NCBI GenBank assembly: GCA_041690355.1 | Contig: JAWLHK010000001.1 | Span: 124,001-188,000 of the forward strand | DNA: 64,000 bases | Source: a bacterium | Lineage (GTDB): Bacteria; J088; JAWLBW01 | Direction: 5' to 3' | Shown here: one piece after another, positions 56,230-64,000 of the stretch | Position numbering within the stretch: the stretch's first letter is position 1 | How the letters are laid out: every line of letters begins with the position of its first letter | Translations under genes and position numbers: made by a program | The notes under the pieces: generated by a model | Database searches by the model: none | The model's input: only the letters and a program-made list of their open reading frames with translations | What the model was told of the DNA's origin: nothing

Positions 56230-58074
56230 TCAGCCGCCGGTTCCACCCGAAGAGACCGTTTCCTTCGGTAAATCGGCCTCGTTTCCGGCTGCCGGCTCGG
56301 GCGCCGGTCGCGTGCCGCGGCACTCGGGGTATCGCGTGCAGCCGTAGAAGGAACCGAATTTCCCCTCGCGCAGGCGCATGAGCGCGTGGCAGCGGGGGCA
56401 GCGCATCTCGCCGGCGGGCGCCGACTCGGCCCACCGCTTGCGCGCCGCGGCGAGCTGGCCCGTGAAATCGGCATACCACTCGCGCAGATAGGCGATGCGC
56501 TCCAGTTTATGCTCTGCGATCCGGTCCAGCGAAGCCTCCATGGCCGCCGTGTACGTGGGCTCGAGCAGGTCGGGAACGCCGCCGGCCAGAAAGGCATCGA
56601 CCTGCAGGCCGAGTTCGGTGGGATAAAGGGCAGGCGACTTCTTCTTCTCTTCCTGCGCGACGTAGCCGCGCTTGCGCAGCACGTCGAGGGTGCTGCTGTA
56701 GGTCGAAGGGCGACCGATGCCGAGGCGCTTCATCGTTTCGATGAGGGTCGCCTCCTTGTAGCGCGGCGGGGGCGAAGTCTTCTTCGTTTCGCTGTCGACC
56801 GTCTTCACGTCGAGCCGATCGCCCGCCGTGAGCGACGGCACGGCGTCTTCGTCGCCGTCTTCCTCATCGTCGGCGACATCGCCGATGGCGAGAAACCCCG
56901 GTTCGACGAGCCGCATGCCCACCGCGCGCAACGTGAGGTCCTCGGCGGCGACGGTGACCGTCGTGCGGTCGAAGCGCGCCGGCCGCGCCTGACTGGCCAC
57001 GAAGCGTTTCCAGATCAGGGCGTAGAGGGCCGCCTCTTCTTTCGTCAAGTCGGGAATCCGCCCGCGTTCGGGCTCGGTCGGGCGGATACACTCGTGCGCT
57101 TCCTGGCTGTCGGCCTTGTTCCGGTAGACCGGCGGCTTTTCGGGGAGCGCATCGGGAAAGTGTTTTTCGAGGATGCGCCGGGCCGCCTCCTGCGCCTCGG
57201 GGGCCACCGTGACCGAATCGGTGCGGATGTAGGTTATGAAGCCCCCCTCGAACAGCTTCTGCGCCACCCGGCTCGTCAGATCCGTCTTCCACCCGAGGCG
57301 CGTACCCGCCGCCTTGAGCAGTGAGCTGGTCTCGAACGGCGGCTTCGGTTTGCGATCGACCGGACTCGTGTCGACCGACTGCACGCGGTGCTCGGCCCGC
57401 TCGAGCACGGCGACGACGTCTTTCGGCTCTGCCTCGAACTGGGTCAGCCGCAGCTTGCCGTTGTCGTCGATGTCGGCCAGGCCGGCCACGAGACCGTTGG
57501 CATAGGTGACCCGCACGGTCCAGTAGCGGCGATCCTGAAAGGCCAGGCGCTCGCGTTCGCGGCTGCAGATCAGGTGCAGTACGCAGCTCTGCACGCGCCC
57601 CGCCGAGAGCCGGTCGCCCAGCGGCTTGAGCTCGGGCGAAAGCGTATAGCCGACCAGGCGATCGAGAATACGCCGCGCCTGCTGCGCCTCGACGAGCGCG
57701 ACGTCGAGGGTGCGCGGCTTCGCGAGCGCCTTCGTGACGGCCCCCTTGGTGATCTCGTGGAATTCGGCGCGGACCGGATCGGTCAGATCGAGCACCTGGG
57801 CCACGTGCCAGGCAATGGCTTCGCCCTCCCGATCGGGGTCGGTCGCCAGAATGATTCGTTCGGCCCGGGCGGCCGCGCGCCGGAGCGACTCGACCATGTC
57901 GCGCTTCTTCTCGTCGACCTCGTAGGCGGCCTCGAACGAACGGGTGTCGACGCCGAGCGTGCGGGCGGGCAGATCGCGGAAGTGGCCGACGGTCGACTGG
58001 ATCTGGTAGCCGTCGCCCAGAATCTGGCGGAGCTTCTTGATCTTGTTCGGCGATTCGATGATCAGCAGGTCCAT
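56230..58074 (-). CDS. topA: Type IA DNA topoisomerase
   Basis: IIESP.K, ATDPDREGEAI, SAGRVQS, ITYIRTD, QEAHE.IRP, GIGRPSTY; one C4 zinc ribbon. Confidence 0.95.
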   Translation of the reverse strand: MDLLIIESPNKIKKLRQILGDGYQIQSTVGHFRDLPARTLGVDTRSFEAAYEVDEKKRDMVESLRRAAARAERIILATDPDREGEAIAWHVAQVLDLTDPVRAEFHEITKGAVTKALAKPRTLDVALVEAQQARRILDRLVGYTLSPELKPLGDRLSAGRVQSCVLHLICSRERERLAFQDRRYWTVRVTYANGLVAGLADIDDNGKLRLTQFEAEPKDVVAVLERAEHRVQSVDTSPVDRKPKPPFETSSLLKAAGTRLGWKTDLTSRVAQKLFEGGFITYIRTDSVTVAPEAQEAARRILEKHFPDALPEKPPVYRNKADSQEAHECIRPTEPERGRIPDLTKEEAALYALIWKRFVASQARPARFDRTTVTVAAEDLTLRAVGMRLVEPGFLAIGDVADDEEDGDEDAVPSLTAGDRLDVKTVDSETKKTSPPPRYKEATLIETMKRLGIGRPSTYSSTLDVLRKRGYVAQEEKKKSPALYPTELGLQVDAFLAGGVPDLLEPTYTAAMEASLDRIAEHKLERIAYLREWYADFTGQLAAARKRWAESAPAGEMRCPRCHALMRLREGKFGSFYGCTRYPECRGTRPAPEPAAGNEADLPKETVSSGGTGG

Positions 58075-58135
58075 GGGGGCCTACAGTGTAGCAGACGCCC
58101 GGGCGAGCTGACGTGTGCCCGGCGCTTCGCCGATT

Positions 58136-59443
58136 CTATACGAAGATGGCGGTCAGCACCAGCCCCGCGACCGTAAAGTAGAGGATGATGCCGGTGACGT
58201 CGATGATCGTCGTCACCAGCGGCGCCGAGCTGCTGGCGGGGTCGAAGCCGGCGCGGCGCAGCATGAAGGGGAGCGTGGATCCGATGAACGTCCCCCAGAG
58301 CACGATACCGAGGATGCTCAGGGAGACCGTGAAGGCAACCCCCAGGTAGTTCGGGCCGTATTCGCCGAAGAGCCACTCCCAGAGCACGACGCGCAGGAGG
58401 CCGAGCGCGGCGAGAATGCCGCCCAGGATGGCGCCGGTGATGAACTCCCGTCGCACCACCCGCCACCAGTCGCTGAGGCGCACTTCGGAGAGGGCCATGG
58501 CGCGCACGACCAGCGTGGCCGCCTGCGAACCCGAATTTCCCCCGCTGCTGATGATGAGCGGCAGAAACAGGGCGAGCACCACGGCGCGCGCGATATCGTC
58601 GGCGAAATAGCTCATGGCGGTCGCCGTGAGCAGCCCGCCGAAAAACAGGGCCGCCAGCCAGCCGCCGCGCTTGCGCACCATGTCGGCAATCGAGGTTTCG
58701 AGATAGGGCGCCTCGAGCGACTCGGTGCCGCCGAGTTTGTGGATGTCTTCGGTAGCTTCTTCGTTCACGACGTCGACGATGTCGTCGACGGTGATGACGC
58801 CGACCATGCGCCCCGCATCGTCGACGACCGGAACGACGATGAACCCGTATTCGCGGAAAATGCGGCTGACGCGCTCCTGATCGTCGTCTTCGCGCACACT
58901 CACGACCTCGGGCTCCATGATGTTGGCCACGAGCTCGCTGCGCGGCGCCATCATGAGCTGACGCAGGGTAACCACGCCGACCAGTCGCCCCTGTGCGTCG
59001 ATGACGTACTGGTAGTAAATCGTTTCAGCCTGCCCGTGCGCCTGGATGCGGACGTAGCGGATGGCCTCGTCGGCGTTCATCTCGGGCCGCAGGATGATGA
59101 AGCGGGGATTCATGATCCCGCCGGCTTCATCCTCGGCGTACGAGAGCAGCGCGGTCACTTCATGGCGCGTGTTCGTATCGAGGGCCGCGAGCAGCGGCGA
59201 ACGCTCGTCGGGTTCCATCTCCTGCAGCAGGTCGGCCAGATCGTCGGGGGGGAGCAGGCGAATCCAGTGGCGCCGCAGCTCTTCGGGAAAGACGCGGAAC
59301 AGTTCTGCCTGGTCGCGCGCCGACAGTGTCTGCAGCAGATCGTCGGCCTCGGTGGCCGGCAGCGCGCGAAACGCCTCGACCCGCTCAGGGCCCGAGAGCG
59401 CCGACCATGCATCCAGCAGTTCCGCAGCGGTAACGCGATCCAT
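58136..59443 (-). CDS. mgtE: Magnesium transporter MgtE (copy 2)
   Basis: CBS pair, PLIISSGGNSGSQAAT, PLVTTIIDVTG. Confidence 0.95.
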   Translation of the reverse strand: MDRVTAAELLDAWSALSGPERVEAFRALPATEADDLLQTLSARDQAELFRVFPEELRRHWIRLLPPDDLADLLQEMEPDERSPLLAALDTNTRHEVTALLSYAEDEAGGIMNPRFIILRPEMNADEAIRYVRIQAHGQAETIYYQYVIDAQGRLVGVVTLRQLMMAPRSELVANIMEPEVVSVREDDDQERVSRIFREYGFIVVPVVDDAGRMVGVITVDDIVDVVNEEATEDIHKLGGTESLEAPYLETSIADMVRKRGGWLAALFFGGLLTATAMSYFADDIARAVVLALFLPLIISSGGNSGSQAATLVVRAMALSEVRLSDWWRVVRREFITGAILGGILAALGLLRVVLWEWLFGEYGPNYLGVAFTVSLSILGIVLWGTFIGSTLPFMLRRAGFDPASSSAPLVTTIIDVTGIILYFTVAGLVLTAIFV

Positions 59444-59488
59444 TCGACTTACGACTTACGAGTGACGAGTGACGAGTGACGAGTGACG
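59444..59488 (+). repeat. ACGAGTG heptamer array abutting the mgtE start codon
   Basis: tcgactt acgactt acgagtg x4 acg. Confidence 0.92.
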
Positions 59489-59640
59489 AAGAAGCGGCAC
59501 GGTAGCGAAATACGCATCCACATGACACGCGGTCTGGAGCGAAAAGCGAGGAACGAAAAATCGTTGCTCAGGGTATCCCGTCAGAATACCACGGAACCGC
59601 TGCGCTTGCGGAAGCGGTTCCCCACATGGGGGCCGGTAGA

Positions 59641-60297
59641 TCAGTCGAGGGTGAGTTCGGCCAGGAGGGCCGCGGTCGCGGGGGCCGCCGCAGGGTCAGC
59701 CTGCAGCCGGCCGGCCAGGGCTCGCAGGTCCTCGGGGCGATCGACGTCGGCCCAGCGCGGCCCGACGGCCACGTCGAGTCCGCAGGAAACAAGGCGTGCC
59801 CGCGTGCGCGCGAAGGTGTCGGCCGCGCTCCAGGGGAGCCCGTGCAGCAGCCGGAGCGGGCAGCGCCGCAGACCGATGAAGTAGAAGCCGCCGTCCTCTG
59901 CGGGGCAGAGCACGGCATCATGGCCGCGCAGCAGGGCCACCGCTGCGGCGAGCGCGCCGGGGGGCAGATCGGGTACATCGGCGCCGAGACAGGCGGCGGC
60001 CGGGGCGAGCTGCAAACCCTTGCGCAGCATGCGCTCCATGCGTTCCCCCAGATCCCCTTCTCCCTGCAGCCACGGGGTTTCGCCGGCATACGGCGGCACC
60101 GGGGGGAGCGGCCCGGTCGTCGCGAGGATCGGCCAGACCGCCTCAAGGCCGCGCACCTTGGCCCAGGTGTCGACGAGAAACGTGTGCGCGAGGTGAGCGG
60201 CGGCCTCTTCTCCGACGAGCCCCGCCAGGCGGGTCTTCACCTGTCCGGGTACCGGCGCCTTTGCGAAAACGGTGAGCAGGATATCGAACGGCTGCAT
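59641..60297 (-). CDS. DUF2064/TIGR04282-type transferase (rSAM/arsenosugar-associated)
   Basis: FAKAP.PG.VKTRL, Q.EGDLG.RM, G.D.P, PAEDGG.Y.IG, DVD..EDL. Confidence 0.88.
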   Translation of the reverse strand: MQPFDILLTVFAKAPVPGQVKTRLAGLVGEEAAAHLAHTFLVDTWAKVRGLEAVWPILATTGPLPPVPPYAGETPWLQGEGDLGERMERMLRKGLQLAPAAACLGADVPDLPPGALAAAVALLRGHDAVLCPAEDGGFYFIGLRRCPLRLLHGLPWSAADTFARTRARLVSCGLDVAVGPRWADVDRPEDLRALAGRLQADPAAAPATAALLAELTLD

Positions 60298-60319
60298 GCG
60301 GAAACGGATGGCCGGGCGG

Positions 60320-61312
60320 TCAGCCGAGCGCGCCTCCGCAGCTCGAGCCGGCCCCGGCGGTGCAGCCGAAACAGTGTGCCCCGACGGCTACCGGCACGCT
60401 GGTCCAGTCGGCGAAGGAATCCACCGTGAAGACGGTCGGATTCGCGCCGGCTGCCGCAGGGGGAACCGGAAGATCGAGCATCTGATTGAAGTCGCAGTCG
60501 TAGAGGCGGCCGTCCCAGCCGACGCTCACGAGCGCGCGGCACATGAGGCCGGCGACGGTGGCCGGATTGAAGTGGTTGACCAGCAGCGCCATGTATTCGG
60601 CGTAGCGGCCGTCGCGCTCCAACGCGTGGGCAAACCGGCTGATCGGCATGTTCGTGATCGTAAAGAGCCGGTCGAAGACGATCCCGAAATGCTGGGCAAG
60701 TTCGGCCTTGTAACGGGCTTCGAGCGAGTCCTGCGCGGGGGGGAGCGCGGGTCCGCCCGGGTTGTAGACCAGGTCGAGTCGCAGGCCCGAACCGGGGTTC
60801 CCGTAGCCGAAACGATTCAACAGGCGCAGGGCCTCCATGCTTCTGTCGAACACCCCCTTGCCGCGCTGCCGGTCGACGTTGTCGGCCGTGTAGCAGGGGA
60901 GGCTCGCCACGATCTCGACCTCGTGATCGGCGAGAAACTGCGCCGTATCCTCCTGGCCGGGCTCGAAGAGAACCGTCAGGTTACAGCGGTCCATGACGTG
61001 CAGGCCGCGCCCCCGCGCCTCCCGGACGAGCCGCCGAAACTCGGGGTTCAATTCGGGCGCGCCCCCCGTGATGTCGACGGTGCGCACCGAGGGCGTGCGC
61101 TCGATCAGCGCGAAGATGCGGTCGACCGTCGCCGCCGTCATGACTTCGGTGCGCTTCGGGCCGGCGTCGACGTGGCAGTGATGGCAGGCCTGATTGCAGC
61201 GCTTGCCGACGTTGATCTGAACGGTCTCGAGCGCAATGCGCCGCAGCGGTGGGCATCCGTGATCCGCGAGCACGGCCTCGAAGGCGGGCACGGACGGGGG
61301 AGAGGCTTGCAT
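60320..61312 (-). CDS. arsS: Radical SAM protein, ArsS/TIGR04167 type
   Basis: QIN.GK.CNQAC.HCHVDAGP.R.E, DITGGAPE, YDCDFNQML, HC.GCTAGAGSSCGG. Confidence 0.9.
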   Translation of the reverse strand: MQASPPSVPAFEAVLADHGCPPLRRIALETVQINVGKRCNQACHHCHVDAGPKRTEVMTAATVDRIFALIERTPSVRTVDITGGAPELNPEFRRLVREARGRGLHVMDRCNLTVLFEPGQEDTAQFLADHEVEIVASLPCYTADNVDRQRGKGVFDRSMEALRLLNRFGYGNPGSGLRLDLVYNPGGPALPPAQDSLEARYKAELAQHFGIVFDRLFTITNMPISRFAHALERDGRYAEYMALLVNHFNPATVAGLMCRALVSVGWDGRLYDCDFNQMLDLPVPPAAAGANPTVFTVDSFADWTSVPVAVGAHCFGCTAGAGSSCGGALG

Positions 61313-61351
61313 GCCTACATTCTACCGGAGCCGCGCCCAGTGCGCCGCGCG

Positions 61352-63082
61352 TCAGGGCTCCCGATCGGTGTCGCGGTCGCGAACGTCGGGGGGCACGAAC
61401 ATGCGGTAGTTGCTGTCGCGCACTTCGCGCACGAAGGTGTCGATGATCGGCGCGGGAATCTCGTACACGTTCAGTACGCGGCTGAAGATGAGCACCGAGG
61501 TCTCGAACTCTTCGGGCACGACGACGCTGGCCCCCGCATCGTACAAGGGCTTCAACTCCTGCACGTAACGGGTGCGGATGAGCAGAAACGCCTGCGGATT
61601 CAGTCGACGCACGGTCGCCGCGATGCGCCGCGTGGCCACCGGATCGGATACGGCAACGACGACGACGCGCGCCTTGCGGATGCCGACGTGCTCGAGTACG
61701 GCCTCCTGCGAGGCATCGCCGTACCAGATGGGCGTTCCCTTGCGCCGTTCGGCCTGCACGACGTCGGGGTTCATCTCGATGATCTCGTAGGGGATGCAGC
61801 CGGTCTGGGCCGCCCAGGCCAGGTTCCGGCCGTTCACGCCATAGCCGATGATGACGAGATGCCCCTCGTGCTCATGCTTGCCGGTGGCCTCCTCACCTTT
61901 TCCCTCGACGAGGCGGGCGGGAAGCGGCAGCCGCCGCGCGCCACGGAGCACGGCCGGCGCCGCGCGGTACATCAAGGGGGTCAAGGCCATGGTGAGAATG
62001 GAAACGGCCAGAAAAAGCTGAAAGGAGTCTTCGTCCATGAGCCCGTTGGCCACCCCGACTTCGGCGAGGATGAAGGAAAATTCGCCCACCTGGCTCAACC
62101 CCAGCCCGACGAGCACCATCGTGCGCAGCGGAAACCCCAGCGCATACGTCGCGAGCGCCCCGATGCTCGCCTTCAGCGCGAGCACCCCGACGGTCAGCCC
62201 CGCAACCGTCCAGGGAAAGGCGAGAACGGTACGCACATCCAGGAGCATGCCGATGGAAATGAAGAAGAGGGTCGTAAAGATGTCCTTGAACGGCAGCACA
62301 TAGCCGAGCGCCTGGTGGCTGTACTCCGACTCCGAAATGATGATGCCCGCCAGAAAGGCCCCCAGCGCGAGCGACAGACCGGCCACGCTCGACGCCCAGG
62401 CGACGGCCAGGCAGATGAACACGACGCTGAGCAGAAAGAGCTCGCGGTCGCGCGTCCGGGCAATGAGATGGAGCACGCGGGGGACGCCGAAGCGCGCGGC
62501 AACGATGGTCGCTGTCAGGATGCCCACGCCCGTGGCCAGTTTTGAGAGCGACCCGCCACCCATCTCGGCCCCGGCCAGCACCGGAATGAGCAGCATCATC
62601 GGCACGACGGCGAGATCCTGGTAGATGAGGATGGCCAGCGAGGTGCGCCCGTGCGGCGAATCGACCTCGCCCCGGATCTGCAGCATCTTGATCGCAATGG
62701 CCGTCGAGCTCAGCGTGAACAGGAACGCGCTGAAGATGCCCTGCGAAAAACTCAGGCCCGCGGCCCAGGCGATGACCAGGGCGAGGAGCACGGTAAAGAG
62801 CAGCTGCAGCGAACCGCCCACGAACACCCGCCGGCGGATGAGATTGAGCTGCTCGAGCGAGAACTCGATGCCGAGCGTGAAGAGCAGCAGCACGACGCCG
62901 ACTTCGGCCATGACGTGCACTGCGTCGAGTTCCTGCACGAGGCGCAGGCCGTACGGACCGAGCAGCACGCCGGTCGCGAGAAAGCCGACGATGGTCGGGA
63001 TGCGCAGGCGGGTGCAGAGAAAGAGAACGACGACCGAGAGGCCGAAGATCTGGAGAATATCGGCCAGAATGGGGATTTCCAT
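61352..63082 (-). CDS. CPA2 cation:proton antiporter with TrkA-N domain (Kef-like)
   Basis: AEVGVVLLLF.LG.E, LSSTAI, QDL, LGAFLAG, LSQ.GEFSF, GYG..G. Confidence 0.92.
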   Translation of the reverse strand: MEIPILADILQIFGLSVVVLFLCTRLRIPTIVGFLATGVLLGPYGLRLVQELDAVHVMAEVGVVLLLFTLGIEFSLEQLNLIRRRVFVGGSLQLLFTVLLALVIAWAAGLSFSQGIFSAFLFTLSSTAIAIKMLQIRGEVDSPHGRTSLAILIYQDLAVVPMMLLIPVLAGAEMGGGSLSKLATGVGILTATIVAARFGVPRVLHLIARTRDRELFLLSVVFICLAVAWASSVAGLSLALGAFLAGIIISESEYSHQALGYVLPFKDIFTTLFFISIGMLLDVRTVLAFPWTVAGLTVGVLALKASIGALATYALGFPLRTMVLVGLGLSQVGEFSFILAEVGVANGLMDEDSFQLFLAVSILTMALTPLMYRAAPAVLRGARRLPLPARLVEGKGEEATGKHEHEGHLVIIGYGVNGRNLAWAAQTGCIPYEIIEMNPDVVQAERRKGTPIWYGDASQEAVLEHVGIRKARVVVVAVSDPVATRRIAATVRRLNPQAFLLIRTRYVQELKPLYDAGASVVVPEEFETSVLIFSRVLNVYEIPAPIIDTFVREVRDSNYRMFVPPDVRDRDTDREP

Positions 63083-63164
63083 GACGCTCCGGAACCAACA
63101 TTATAGTGGTTCGCGCCGCGTCGCAAAAGCGGTTTCGCCCCTCGGCCGCGTGTCTGCAGAGCGC

Positions 63165-64000
63165 TCAGTGGGCCGGAGCGCGGGCCCCGCCCACGTCGGC
63201 GGGCGGGCGGAAGTCGGGCTTGAGCCCCTGCAGCTCCTTCTTGACCGCCGTGGATACCATCCAGTTCCCCAGCACCGCCGTCGCATAGGTCAGACCCGGA
63301 ATGCGGGCCCGCAGGCCTTCGACCGGCCCGAGCGCGACCCGCGTGAGGGGAATGGCGTACTTCCACATCCGGTTCGGAATGCCGAGATCGTCGGCCACGT
63401 CGTCGCCGGCCGTATAACGGGTAAGACCGTCGTGATATCGAACGAGCCACGGGGTGACGATGCGCTCGATGGCGTTGGCGGGACGCTGGAAATTCACGTT
63501 GCGCAGCGCCTGCGCGAGAGCGATGGAGCCTTCGTCGGGGCCGGGCTGAAGCAGATCGATCAGCTCGGCCCAGCTCATGGCTTCGGTCTCGGAGTCAAAG
63601 AGCAGCCCCGGCTCGACGCCGCTCAGGTAGCCGTTGTACTTCCACAGGTGCATGAGCGCGTCGGCCTCTTCCTGCGCGAAGCGAAAACCCATGGCGCGCG
63701 TGCCGTAGAGCATGGCGACCGAGAAAGAGAGGGTCGTGGCCGCCATGTCGGCCTGGTTGATGGGCAGCCCCCATTCGGCCGTCTTCCACTCGGGCGAGCG
63801 CAGCAGAAAACGCCGCACGGTCGCATGCACGAGGCGCACCTTGACGGTGGTCTTGAAGCCGGCATTGAAGCGGCGCAGGCCGTTCACCTGGGTCGCGTCG
63901 ACGATGAACCCCCCCGTTTCGGCGAGGCGGCGCCGCGCCATGGCGTCGAGGCGGCCGGTGAACAGCAGCGGCTTGGTGGCCGCGGCCGAGTGATAGCCGT
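63165..64000 (-). CDS. MpaB/Lcp-like heme oxygenase family protein (5' end outside window)
   Basis: Frame is open to the window edge (GYHSAAATKPLLFTGRL); RRL.ET, VRL.HA.VR, WG.PINQ.DM. Confidence 0.85.
   Translation of the reverse strand, partial: GYHSAAATKPLLFTGRLDAMARRRLAETGGFIVDATQVNGLRRFNAGFKTTVKVRLVHATVRRFLLRSPEWKTAEWGLPINQADMAATTLSFSVAMLYGTRAMGFRFAQEEADALMHLWKYNGYLSGVEPGLLFDSETEAMSWAELIDLLQPGPDEGSIALAQALRNVNFQRPANAIERIVTPWLVRYHDGLTRYTAGDDVADDLGIPNRMWKYAIPLTRVALGPVEGLRARIPGLTYATAVLGNWMVSTAVKKELQGLKPDFRPPADVGGARAPAH

Noticed and set aside
59490-59640. M-box riboswitch upstream of mgtE copy 2
   Set aside because: No match to the M-box core as I recall it. The one strong hairpin (ggaaccgct...agcggttcc) is better explained as a terminator for the upstream gene.
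60320-60345. Selenocysteine in the ArsS C-terminus
   Set aside because: The codon is TGC (Cys), with no in-frame TGA at that position.

Overview
A GC-rich, gene-dense bacterial chromosome segment with about 62 CDS and the RNase P RNA gene. Gene content suggests a deltaproteobacterial or Myxococcota-like lineage (inference). It encodes envelope proteins (LemA, lipoproteins, tandem beta-barrels, an HExxH/propeller/Omp85-like protein, a TonB receptor), translation and rescue factors (RqcH, RF3, ArfB, RlmN-like, Rsm22-like, rnpB), many lipid and oxidative enzymes (two ferritin-like di-iron proteins, two MpaB/Lcp-like oxygenases, a DprE1/E2-like pair, acyltransferases), two intact TA modules plus a probable decayed one, two MgtE, TopA and an ArsS pair. 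I found no CRISPR array, tRNA, rRNA, integrase or transposase. The most striking unexplained structure is non-coding: about 21 short arrays with a 7-bp period, from about nine unit families, sitting at gene edges with consistent polarity. Three of them form a recurring two-array composite element. At least ten genes also carry a -10 box 6-7 nt before the ATG with no Shine-Dalgarno (SD) sequence, suggesting leaderless mRNAs. All product calls come from motif recognition by eye, not database searches.
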